The position numbers and the translations under genes were made by a program. A stretch of DNA of 64,000 nucleotides from the NCBI GenBank assembly GCA_946965045.2, contig OX337239.1, positions 1,054,001-1,118,000 of the forward strand, read 5' to 3'. The DNA comes from Epithemia pelagica. Lineage: Eukaryota; Protista; Bacillariophyta. This document shows positions 1 through 11,205 of the stretch, piece by piece. Under the pieces are notes generated by a model that was not told where the DNA came from, ran no database searches, and was given only the letters and a program-made list of their open reading frames with translations. Position 1 is the stretch's first letter. Each line of letters starts with the position of its first letter.

Positions 1-2265
1 CATGATGTACAGGAATGCAAGAAATACTCGATCGAAGACGATCTCATCAAGGGATCCCTTGCCTTTCAAGCAAACATGTTCTTCATCGATGCAGAAGGCT
101 TGTTTTCAATCGCCGTAAATGCGTACAAAGAGCTCGACCAAAAGCTTTCCGAAACGAGTGATCATGGACAACATGCTACTGCCATCCTTCAAGCTACAGC
201 TGTTATCAACCTTGTTCTCGAAAACGTGGTTCGCTTAGAGAAATCCTTGCATCTCGAGTCCGGGACGTTCGAAAACATATATCAAGTTTTTGCTGTTTTG
301 ATCTTCCAGAGGCAGATTTCCGAGATGGAAGCCATTCTTGGTCAGGCGATTGTCGCCAAGAATCCGAAGACGTGCCTATCCATCTGTGGTCAATCTATCC
401 GCTTTGGTTTGCTTTCCACGGATGCATTGTACGCTAGCCCTATGTACACTGGGTTGGTTAAAGATCTTTTGTCCGCCTCTCGGCTCAAAGGTAAACTCAA
501 GCCGAGAGCCGATGATATCGAAGCGATTATCAAGCTTGGACAACAGATTAGTTGTACCACCCAGATGGAGAGCTTTCATGGAGAAAGTCTGCCCGAAGTC
601 TTGGAACATGCAAGAGATTTGGAGAGCAACGGGCCTGCAATCGATGCGAAAACAGGAGCCGATCGTGATAGATGGCCTGATGGCTCGTGGTCTACCGCTT
701 TTTACACCGATGGTGACAAGAATACGCCCGTTTGTGTTTCAGTCAGTATCACGAACGAAAATGGTGAAGTGGGCAGTACGCTTCAATGCCTCCCACTGCA
801 ATGGCTGAAAAGCTACAAGCTGCTTGGAGGGAAGAAAGGCATTATGAGCACTTTTGCCTTTGTGGGTTCCTTTCACTTTGAACTCGAAAAGCCGAACTTC
901 GAATTCTTCACTGGGAATCAATCGTCCCCTCTTGGCGCTTTTTCGAGGCTTCCATATGCGTTGTGGAAGATGTACAACAGCGAAAATGGATACAGCTACG
1001 CCCTTCGAACGGTTCTAGGCGAGGCGTTCTACTCCAAGTTCACACCTTTCTACAAAATTTTCGGGGATTCATCCCCAGAGTACAAAGATGACCGTGTGGT
1101 ATTAAAAGGCACTGACTTTGCAACAGTCTTTGCGGCCCATGCTCTGGTATATGGAGTGCTGACTCTTCATGGTCAATGCAAACGAATCTCAGTTATTGCC
1201 AGCCTAGCTTCGTGCAAGTTTGAACAACATGTAAAAGGGCTTGAAAACTCAAGCTTCATGGAGAGGCTCAATCAGACGCACCATGATTTTTATGACAATG
1301 CGCATATTGTTTTTGGGACTTTGGCCACCTTCGACAAATGGTTTGGGATTTGTGCCCCTTTGTTGGCAGGAAACTTGCTTTCCGTGACAACTTTTGTTAC
1401 AAGCCTCAACTGGGGTTTTGACGTTCGGATAGAAAGCTTCTCGAGGAGAACTGTTTTGCACCTGTATAACGCGCTGCGCCAGATTGGAATGGTGCCACGA
1501 ATCGAATTCCTGGATACTCTTTTGGAGCTCTTTAGCAATGACATTTGGCCCGTCCATGGTAGACCAGAAGCGATGGGTTTCTTGAAAGCTTTCTTGATGA
1601 TAAATGGCGATTCCAGCCGTGTTGTGGATCGCGTGCTTGATTTCATGGAAGTCGACGATTCCGACCAAGATCGAATCCTTGGAGAACTTGGGTACTCGTC
1701 AGATAGACGTCGAAGCACAGCCCCAAAGCCTCATTCGGATCAGTACCTTTTTGAGAGGGTTACGCATTTATTCCGGATACGAAACCGCTGCCATTCGGTT
1801 CGGCCCAGAACACGCGGGGTCCACGGTGCCGACCTCAGTCCCGCTTTTACTGCCGTTGTGAAGAGGAAAGGACTAAAGAGAACATCTAAGAGCGGAAACG
1901 ACTATGACCTTGTGAAAAGTTGCTCGGAACGTGCAGACTTCTTGAAGAAAGCGATCAGTGAGGATCAAGCTCGGCTCCGTCTGAATTGGGTAAAAGTTGG
2001 CTTCCACTTGTCCGAGTTTCAGACCGCTATCTATGATAGCCTTTGTATTTCGGAGCTAACGACGAAATTCAGTGTCTGCAACAAGTGGCGAGTGCTGTCA
2101 AAGGATACTGAGATTCTTGATGTTTCCAATCGTTTCCTTGCCGACATGGTCTTTCGTGAGATTGAGTTTGGCTACAATGAAAGACGCAACAGTGCTATTG
2201 TCGCCTCTCACATGACAGAGTACTTTACGAAAACTGCGACCCTCGAAAACACGTCTCTTTTTTGA
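1..2265 (+). CDS. Large intronless protein of unknown function, 5' end lies outside the window
   Basis: The frame of the 76..2265 ORF is open back to base 1 (CAT GAT GTA CAG...), giving at least 754 codons. No confident domain. The segment 'LHLYNALRQ...F...GRP' faintly recalls helical DUF6604-type proteins (from memory, unverified). Confidence 0.7.
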   Translation, partial: HDVQECKKYSIEDDLIKGSLAFQANMFFIDAEGLFSIAVNAYKELDQKLSETSDHGQHATAILQATAVINLVLENVVRLEKSLHLESGTFENIYQVFAVLIFQRQISEMEAILGQAIVAKNPKTCLSICGQSIRFGLLSTDALYASPMYTGLVKDLLSASRLKGKLKPRADDIEAIIKLGQQISCTTQMESFHGESLPEVLEHARDLESNGPAIDAKTGADRDRWPDGSWSTAFYTDGDKNTPVCVSVSITNENGEVGSTLQCLPLQWLKSYKLLGGKKGIMSTFAFVGSFHFELEKPNFEFFTGNQSSPLGAFSRLPYALWKMYNSENGYSYALRTVLGEAFYSKFTPFYKIFGDSSPEYKDDRVVLKGTDFATVFAAHALVYGVLTLHGQCKRISVIASLASCKFEQHVKGLENSSFMERLNQTHHDFYDNAHIVFGTLATFDKWFGICAPLLAGNLLSVTTFVTSLNWGFDVRIESFSRRTVLHLYNALRQIGMVPRIEFLDTLLELFSNDIWPVHGRPEAMGFLKAFLMINGDSSRVVDRVLDFMEVDDSDQDRILGELGYSSDRRRSTAPKPHSDQYLFERVTHLFRIRNRCHSVRPRTRGVHGADLSPAFTAVVKRKGLKRTSKSGNDYDLVKSCSERADFLKKAISEDQARLRLNWVKVGFHLSEFQTAIYDSLCISELTTKFSVCNKWRVLSKDTEILDVSNRFLADMVFREIEFGYNERRNSAIVASHMTEYFTKTATLENTSLF

Positions 2266-3205
2266 TGTTTCGATCAAGAAATGACACAATTAGGCCCAGC
2301 CCTTCAGAGAGATTCCGTAGAATGTTCCCAATGGATGTGGCCGTTTTAAATACAAACAGAGAAGAATACTTCCTTATGAAAGATATACACTCTAGTGGTT
2401 TTCTTTTTAAAGCACCTTGGTAGAGAGGTAATTGCTAGACACAACCCAAGCCGGGATAGTGCTCTCTTCGTTGCTCTGTTGGGGCTCGTAGGATGGGTCT
2501 TCTCCTGCCCATCTTTGGCTCCCATGTATCCCTCCAACAATAGTACTAAATAACTCCTCTGTTCTTGTAGAAATCTGGGGACCATGAAAGAATCTTGAAC
2601 TCCGGGCTACATTCACGGTCGAACTAAGTGGACGTGGATCGTGGCCGTGACCCCTTCAAAGCAAGGAACCAAACTAGTTGCGTCCTTGTTGCTGCCCGTC
2701 TTGTCCGTCTTTACAAATTTGTTGTGTGGCCAGAATTATTCCATCAGGTGCCACCGTGCTTATCCTAGATAAATTTGCTCACTTGGTCATGGACTCGTTC
2801 TGATCCCGTCGTCCTTACAACATGCTTGCTGTCTGAGGAGCTGAACTATGGCCATGGCAAACACAAAAGGTAGCCACAGTAGCAGCACCGCTAACCCCAG
2901 TACATGTGCAGCTGCAGAGCCATGGACATCGAATCTTCTGCTGTCATGTGCGCGCTTGCTACTCCTACTACAATACTCCTACTCCTACTAGCTATGGAAG
3001 GTGGAAGGCTTAGATACAGCTTCCCAGCAAGATATCTCTTTCTTTGCCAAATTTGGGGTCATCGGCCCCATTTTTTGAGAATCCCATCACCGTGCCTTCC
3101 ACATGCATCCTCTTTTTGGGTCAAGGCATATTTGACACATCCACAAAGACACGGATTGACGGAGAGGGAAAGCGATACCTTCCTTCATTCATCAAGAGTA
3201 CAAGG

Positions 3206-5638
3206 ATGGTTGCTCAAAAGTTGCGCTTCTCGTGTTGTCGTTGGGTGGTGTCTGTCGTTTTGCTCCTGAGCCATCACTGTAACAGAATTCATGTGAATGG
3301 GCATGCTCTGGAAGGACAAACCCAACTCAAAGTGTTGGTACGTGCAGCTCAAGGTGTAGGAGTGTGTGGTGCGACAGGATTGGCTGTTCAAGTGGTTTGG
3401 GTGATTGGCCGTCTGCGGATCGGATCTCTCACTGCGATGATTGACAGCGTCCCTGCTGTACCTGTGATTGCCCCTTTCAGAGTTTACTGACTTACTCCCC
3501 GATTTCTCTTTCTCTTTCATTGGTTCCCCCGTGTGCAGTTGCCACAATCTTTAGCCACAATTTCAGACAGGGACAATGATGAGACGACTCTTGCGCCATC
3601 AGAAAGCCGCCGCCACCCCAAGTCCTATGATCATCGACCAGCCTTGTTCGGGATTCCACCCTACGGTGGATCCATAATCCAAGCCTTGTATTACGTAGAT
3701 TCCGATTTTTGCAATCCCGATGGACGAATCTCCACTTATTCCTATCATCCGACATCGCCCCTTCCACCATCCAATTCTCAACCCTTTTTGCTCATGTTGA
3801 ATCGAGGAGGATGCACCTTTGTCAAAAAGGTACGCAAACGTTGTCTGAAGTCTCATTTGTGTGTTGGAGAAGACTGTATGCGATTCTGACTCTTTTTCTC
3901 TTGCCATTTGTGGTGGTTTGGGGTCTTCTTCTTTCAAACAACGAACCAAACCGCAGGTTCGGAATGCCCAACATTTGGGTGCCGCCGGTGTGTTGATTGC
4001 GGACAACGTTTGTTTGTGCTCCGACACCAAATGTCGACAACAAACCGCGAGTGCCACATGTGAAGAGTACGTAGATGCTTTTGAAGCGACCACAAAGACA
4101 CGCACAATAATCTGGACGAGCGCATGCCTCACTCTGATCCTTCACAACGTGCTGTTACTTTCATGTCTGTGTTGCCCGTTGTTGATTCCAGCGCCGAACC
4201 CGTCATGGCGGACGATGGCAGTGGAAGTGACATTACCATTCCTAGTTTCTTGGTATACAAGCACGATGCCGATTTGTTCAAACAAACCATTCTCTTGACC
4301 AATCAAACGATGCGAGTGGAAATGTACTTTGCACCACCTCCCTCCATGTCATCTGTGTCAAACAACAATAACAATGGCAATTACAACCAACATGCAGAAA
4401 CCCAAATCGATTCCATGTCTCGGGTGCCCCCCAAAAAGGCACGAGTGACTTTGGATTATTGGATGTCTCCGGCAAATCCAGCATCCATGCAGTTTCTGTT
4501 ACATTTTCAACCCATTGCATGGATACTGGCCGACCAGTTGGACTTTACACCTCACATGTATCTTATCAATGGGACCAAAAGCGGATGCACGGCAAGTGGC
4601 GCTACGGGTAGCAACCGCAATAATACTGTACAAAATGACTCCAACAAGGAAGATGATCTCTCCAATTTACCCTGTTACAATCTGTGTACCAATCGTGGTC
4701 GATACTGTGCCCCCGATCCCGATGGTAGTGAGGAACAAGGTGCCACGGGAGCCTTGGTGGTGGAAGAATCTCTCCGACAATTGTGCATTTGGTCTTTGCA
4801 GGAGGATGGCACTGATTTGGACAAGAAAACCAAAGCTACTGAGCCACCTCATTCGTTGTGGTGGAAGTACTTGGTCGAGTACTACGACGATACCTTTCAT
4901 ACCGACACGCCATTGCAAACCACCCATCACGTGGATCAATATCGAGAGTTTGTCGACCAGGTTTTTAAAGGAGTGCGTATTTCCAAGGATGAGATTCAGC
5001 GGTGCATCGACCATTCGGGAGGCTTGTCCAATGACCATTACAGCAAGAACAGAATCAACAGCAAATTGGATAGTGAACTGGAATTGCAACAGCAAGAACG
5101 CATATATGCTCTCCCATCGGTCCTCCTAAATCAAGTACGGTTTGAACCTGTCACCATTTTACATGTCTTGACAGCCATTTGTGACCAACTCAACCTTCCA
5201 CAACCCCAGTCGCTCGGTAGCAGCAATACACTGCACCATCTATGCCGTCCAGAATGTCTTCATTGCTCGGAACCAGCCGCGTGTGCTGCCAATGGAGGTT
5301 GGTGTCCTACCAAGGCCATTGTCTCGTCGTCCTCAATCTCCAAATCCACTACGGCTCCCTATAAACAGGCAGCCTCGATGCGGTCCCATGCTTATCACGA
5401 TCACACCCACAGTAAGGGTCGCCAACAAGAGGCAGCTTCCGGCGTATCTCATCTCACCTTTGCATGCTCGCTACTCATGATATCGTCCTTGGCCGTACTT
5501 CTTGCCTTTGTATATCACCGACGATCACGGCGTGAAGCGCGACAACGTGTGCGAGCGATTCTGATGGACTACATGCCGTTGCGGGACCATGGTGAAACAA
5601 ATCCTAACCTCCGTGGCATGGTTCACTCTCCAATCTAG
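3206..5638 (+). CDS. VSR: Vacuolar sorting receptor (BP-80/VSR)-like PA-domain membrane protein, paralogue 1 (~659 aa)
   Basis: Exons 3206-3337, 3539-3829, 3957-4066 and 4192-5638 join in frame at GT-AG introns. Signal peptide; PA motifs 'ALFGIPPYGGS', 'NRGGCTFVKKVRNAQHLGAAGVLIADN' and 'MADDGSGSDITIPSFL'; 'CTNRGRYCAPDPDG'; one TM helix; tail 'DYMPL'. Confidence 0.9.
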
Positions 5639-6291
5639 AGAGAGAAAGAGGCATGAACAGAATATGGAATTGAACACCTCCTCCTAGCCTCTTGCGAATA
5701 TGTTGCGCCTTGGCACCTATGAGTAGGAGCACAATAGGGCGCAATCCCCATTGCTATCCTTTCCGTACCTTCCTAGTGCACCTAGGTAGAACAGTCACAT
5801 AATGGGCGAGTGGGATCTTCAGGATTCAGTCCCAGTCGCAGAGTACAAGATATTCAAGACCTCTGGCGGAAGTGACCCAGTCGTGTGAAGGAATGGGACA
5901 TGAGAGAACATAGAACATAGAACATACAGACAGTATGAACCGTGAACACGTCATTTTTGTCTCCGATGACTCGGAAGCTGGTGAAGAACGAACATCAAAC
6001 CTGAGAATTTTCGCATCTCGCCTCTGTGTTTGTTACGGAAGCGAAGAGAACGTCCTCCTTGTCTCTTCCAAACTTACAACGGCATTGACACATCCTCATT
6101 GCAATGACAAAGAAGTAGCTGTTGGTTGAAAACCATTATCAACAACAAAGAGAATCAATCCATTTCCAATTCGAGTTGGAAGCAGAGATCCTTACGTTGC
6201 GTGTCAAGTCCAATTATCAAGAACAACCTTTCCACAGAAAGGATCCAAACCAATGACTCGCTCCGCCGTCAACGGAGGAAAACATGGTGTC

Positions 6292-8642
6292 ATGGCCCTT
6301 ATCAACATTCAACGTGTGCTTGCAGCGGTTTGGGTCGCTACATTGTCATCACGAAAGGCGACTGTCGCGGCTTCGATGAACAGTCGATTGATTGTCCATG
6401 TAAGTAATGATGTTTCTGTGCGTTTTGGCTCTTGGCCTTTTTCGTTGGCTTGCTGCTGGTTGGCTGTTCCTTCAGGGTTATCATCTAACAAGTATTTTCG
6501 TCTTTTCGGTTGATATGCTTTCGTCCAGATGCCGCAAGCATTGAACGAGTTGGGTGGTTCTACAGGGTTTCGCCATCAACATGCTTTGTTTGGTCAACCG
6601 TCACTATTCGTAGGACGGTCCCTGGTCCAACCGCTGTACTACGTCAACAGCACTTTGTGTCCCAGAAGTTTAATCAACAACGACAACGACAAAACGGAAT
6701 CCTTTTACCCCTCCTCCCCCTTTCCACAAGAAAACGAGAACCAACGCCAACATTCGTCGTCGCCCTTTGTTCTCCTCATTCATCGAAGTTCCTCGTGTAC
6801 GTTTGTACAACAGGTACGTCCGAACTCTTTGGTTCAAAAAGAAACAATTTGTATGGGCAACAGCGGCCTCATTTTCTCGTCCATTTGGGGCACCCTCGAC
6901 TCTGCTAATGGGCTACTCTTTTCTTGTCCCTTTGTCAGGTGCGCAATGCTCAGCACATGGGCGCCGCTGGTGTGTTGATTGCCGACGACCGTTGTGTGTG
7001 TTCCGACCAGGAGTGTCGGTCAATTCAAGATGCGGAGCGTGCGGCGGCTCCTTGTCAGAGGTATGTATCCGATACATGTGTCGGTGGGCTTGGCTATTCG
7101 CTGACCTGAATTCCGTCAGGGTGGAGTTTCTCATCCCCATCTTTGCTTGGCTTTCTTGTCTGGTGCGTGTTGTTTGTCTTCTACGATAGTCGCGCACCAG
7201 TCATGGCCGACGATGGTAGTGGCAATGACATTTCCATCCCAAGTTTCTTGATGTACAAGCAGGATGCCGATTTGTTCGGGAGAACACTATTGGAAACCAA
7301 TCAAAACTTGCAAATCGAAATGTCCTTCTTTTCCGTGGACGCAACCACCAACCATTCCTCAACATTGGAGGAAATTGAACACCAAGTCGACGAAGGCAAC
7401 CAGCCAAAGCATCCAGTGGTCACATTGGACTATTGGATGAGCCCGACGGATTGGATGTCTACTGAGATGGTGACTAAATTTCAACCAGCCGCCTTGGCCT
7501 TTTCGAACCGTCTGCAGTTCAACATGCACATGTTTCTTGTCGACGGTGTCAAACTAAACTGTCGTGCTCCTTCATCATCCGATGGTGGCAAACAACGAGA
7601 AAGTGCCCTGGTCATGAGTCAAGAACAATCTGACTATTGCTCGACACAATGCACCAATCATGGTCGCTATTGTTCCATTCATGTCTCCAACAACGACTTT
7701 GCATCGCTCCAGAATCTCCCCGGCTCTGCCATTGTCACTGAAGCTTTGAGACAATTGTGTATTTGGTTCGAACCGGACACCGAGAGCGTCGAAACGTTAC
7801 GTCCCAAACACACTCTGTGGTGGGCCTATGTCAAGGAATTTTACAAATCTTGCTTTTCGACCAACGCCTTTGACGACCAAGGCTGTATTGACCAAGTGTA
7901 CAAAAAGGTCGGCATTTCCCATGCGAGTGTTGACTCTTGCATATCCAACTCGGGGGGACTAGGATCCCCTCGAAAGGATGGCCGCGGAGGTGGGGGAGAT
8001 GTGAATAGCATACTGGAAAAAGAGTTGGAAATGATTCGGGATCATTCCATCTATGCCTTGCCAACATTGTACATGGACGGTGTTCCTCACAATAGTGCCA
8101 TGACGGCTAGCACATTGTTTTCCGTCGTATGCTCACAATTTCACTTTGCCTTGCCCCGAGACGCCCCGGAAAGAATGCTTTGCGATCGGTGCGATTCTTC
8201 TGTATGTACCGACTTTTCCACGTGCATTCAACAGAATGGTATTTGCCCGGATGGACACGCTGGGCTTTCACAAGTTGGTGGTAGCCGTTCGGCCAACATC
8301 GGAGAAACAAGCGGACGAATTTCCATGAGCACATTTTGGTTGTCCATTGCTTTCATCCTTTCGCTGGCTACCGCGTTGTCCTTGTTGCATTATCGTCGAA
8401 TGCGCACAGAACTCAAGCGGGAAATGACCAGTCTAGTTGCAGAATACATTCTTGTTACAGATTCTTCGTTGGATCGGGATACTGAGAAAACCAGAAGCTC
8501 CATGGAATCAAACCACAGTAATAGTGTTCCGCAGTCAATAGAACTGAGTCAAGAAGATTGCTTCCTGCAAAATCCACGGGATGCCATGGGTGGCTTGCCG
8601 AATGGAGGACCGTTGGGCATGTTTCATCAAGAAGATGTTTAA
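6292..8642 (+). CDS. VSR: VSR-like protein, paralogue 2 (~655 aa)
   Basis: Exons 6292-6399, 6529-6813, 6939-7060 and 7190-8642. Motifs 'VRNAQHMGAAGVLIADD', 'MADDGSGNDISIPSFL' and 'CTNHGRYC'; TM helix; tail 'EYILV'. Confidence 0.88.
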
Positions 8643-9310
8643 TCAATGAATCTGGTCTTTCATATATCTGGTTTTTAGGTGGTCACACCATAGACAAAGT
8701 TGTGATACATCCCATCGCATCTTTTGCGATGTAGCAGTCAGTGTGTCATTATTTGTTCCGACTCCGATCTAGTTTCAATACACATTATATAGCTCTAACT
8801 CTATCTAACCTTACTAGTTAGGAGTATCTGTTACTCAACATTTGGAGCAAAAAACATATGGAGCATAAAAAAAACATTTAGCGCTTTTATTTCCAAAAAC
8901 CTTAACTCGACAAATCAAATGGATGCACAAACATGCAATCATTTGTTCTGACAAATGAATGCATTGCACTCAAATGCCTTTTGCACTAAAATGACGTGTA
9001 ACATATCCGTACATCGACGGGATTGCTTTGCGAAAAATTGTGATGCGGAATGCGGACATACATTATTTATGCCCGACAACACGGGCCAAGCGAGCCCGCA
9101 TGCAAGTGAGTAAAAAAAAGGTGCGCCACATTTTAGCGATGTTCACATCTTCTCAACACGAAAACGGTCGGTTGACCCTTGTCACTCCCTTGTTCAACTA
9201 ACCTCAATTAAATGTATTTTAGACAAGGTTTGATATTCCTTCATGGTATCAAGAAGTGTGAGCGTTCCGAAAACAGATCATTTGGAACAAGATAATATTC
9301 CCATACCACC

Positions 9311-9338
9311 CATACACCATACACCATACACCATACAC
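9311..9338 (+). repeat. (CATACAC)x4 tandem repeat
   Basis: Four direct 7-bp copies just upstream of the ABC gene. Confidence 0.85.
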
Positions 9339-9414
9339 CCGTCACGTGAGAACAACAGAACGAGCTGTGTACACCAACGCATTCAAGGACGACAATTCGA
9401 AGAAGTGAACGACA

Positions 9415-10731
9415 ATGGCATTAACACTTGTGATTGGAAGCTCCGGTGCAGGAAAGACAACCTTTCTCAATGATGTATACAAGCAACATAAATGCATCTA
9501 CATTCGACAGTTTCATTCGATGAGACCATACATTCCTGTCACCAAAATTCCAAACTTTGACCCGACAACATTGCCATATTGGTCAACCTACGTCAAGGAA
9601 GAAGCTGCGTCAACTATCAAGGTGGGAGGTACCATGGCAGGCAAGTTCACTGCCGGTTTATCTGGTGGTCAACGGAAACTCCTTCTGTTTGAACTGATTT
9701 ATCAAAGGACATTCAATCAGAAAGATTTGTTGATTGCTCTGGACGAGCCATTCGCAGGTGTGACGGATGATTTCATTCCATTCATCGTGGAACGACTCAA
9801 GTTAATGGGGAAAAGGCACAACATTATAGTGGTTACGAACGATCATGTAGAAGCATTGATGAAGATGACCGATAACACTATCTTTGTTTCTTCAATCAAT
9901 CGCCAGACAGTGGGCGTGAACAATGTTGAGGGAGTGAATCGAGATCTAACGATTCGAGCCTTGTCTGTCGGTGAAAACTTTGAACGAGAATGGACACATC
10001 AGGATCTGAAGTTCTACGTGGACGTTGAGATTCGGTCCAACAAATCGTTCCTCACGACTCCATTTATCTGCTTGTCATCCTTTGGCTTGTATATCCTTGC
10101 TTGCTGGGACTCTGAGGATATGCTAGCATCGCTGGTTATAATTACTACAACTTTGATTGGATTCTTTTCGATCAACCCGTATTTATTGTCCCTTGTGGAA
10201 TGGCGCAATGCCATGGAGGAGGAAGCCGAAGCATTAATGCATTGCTCTGGTAAGATGAATCGGATCCTCACAATGGTGTTTGGAGTGGCTCTTGTTTTCA
10301 TTGTGTCGGTTGCACACTATGTTGCCGTCAATGCTGTGGTTGATGGACTATTGGGGTTTGACATTTTGGTCGGACTTGTGTCCACCACCGTCTTTTACGT
10401 GTTGTTGTACATTTATCTCAGCATCTTCTCGGAGTTGAACTTTGAAGCGGTTCAAATTTTGGGAATGCTTCCATTCTTATTCAATACCTTCTTCAGTACC
10501 ATTTTTAGTCCGGGCTCTGGTCTGACTAGAGTCAAAGACTCCCGATTAACCACACCCAGTTTTTTGGCACCAGTGGTCTGCCTGTCAACTCTTTCATGGT
10601 CTGTCCCGCTCACCAAAAACTACAACTTGTCTAGAAAAAATTTCACATCCGTCTGGAAAGGCTTGCGTGATATGCTGATACCGAGGGATGATGATTCACC
10701 CTTTCGACATTCCGTGTCTTGGCTGTGTTAG
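9415..10731 (+). CDS. ABC-type protein: compact N-terminal ATPase domain plus C-terminal membrane domain (ABCG-like order)
   Basis: Walker A GSSGAGKT (aa 8-15), Q-loop YIRQ, signature LSGGQ (aa 82-86), Walker B IALDEP, then several hydrophobic helices. The last ~70 aa are hydrophilic, so the true 3' end is uncertain. Confidence 0.8.
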   Translation: MALTLVIGSSGAGKTTFLNDVYKQHKCIYIRQFHSMRPYIPVTKIPNFDPTTLPYWSTYVKEEAASTIKVGGTMAGKFTAGLSGGQRKLLLFELIYQRTFNQKDLLIALDEPFAGVTDDFIPFIVERLKLMGKRHNIIVVTNDHVEALMKMTDNTIFVSSINRQTVGVNNVEGVNRDLTIRALSVGENFEREWTHQDLKFYVDVEIRSNKSFLTTPFICLSSFGLYILACWDSEDMLASLVIITTTLIGFFSINPYLLSLVEWRNAMEEEAEALMHCSGKMNRILTMVFGVALVFIVSVAHYVAVNAVVDGLLGFDILVGLVSTTVFYVLLYIYLSIFSELNFEAVQILGMLPFLFNTFFSTIFSPGSGLTRVKDSRLTTPSFLAPVVCLSTLSWSVPLTKNYNLSRKNFTSVWKGLRDMLIPRDDDSPFRHSVSWLC

Positions 10732-11205
10732 CTTTGGTCGTTTCCTGTCGAATTTGCCGGGTGTCCCTGTATATTCGCCCCCTCTCTGTTGATCATCTAT
10801 CGATCCGTTGAAATGATGAGGACCACGATCCCAAAATGAGTCGAATCCCCAAACATACTAGACCTTTATGTTCCAATTATCCATACAACTAGAATATCAA
10901 ACAAGTTACGGCACTTATGAATCATTAAGTCGACTCAAATGGTAGTGGACTGACTGCCCCATACCCAAACACTGACAAGAGTTTGGATCCCTTTGGTCCC
11001 AACAATAGCAGCTGCTCCATGAGGTACATGTACCTAGGGGTGTCGACAGGGACCGTCCATGATTCTACCAAATCCCCAAGTGTTGGAGGTGTCCTCATGG
11101 TGTGGTGTCGGAGTGTCGTGCGTACGCGCAAGGATGCCCATGGACAGGTCCTTGACTATTTTCACGGCCATCTCATTGTGACGACAAAAGTGGAGCTGGA
11201 ACATC

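Noticed and set aside
8820-9130. AT-rich stretch as a possible MITE
   Set aside because: No terminal inverted repeats or target duplication could be found by eye.
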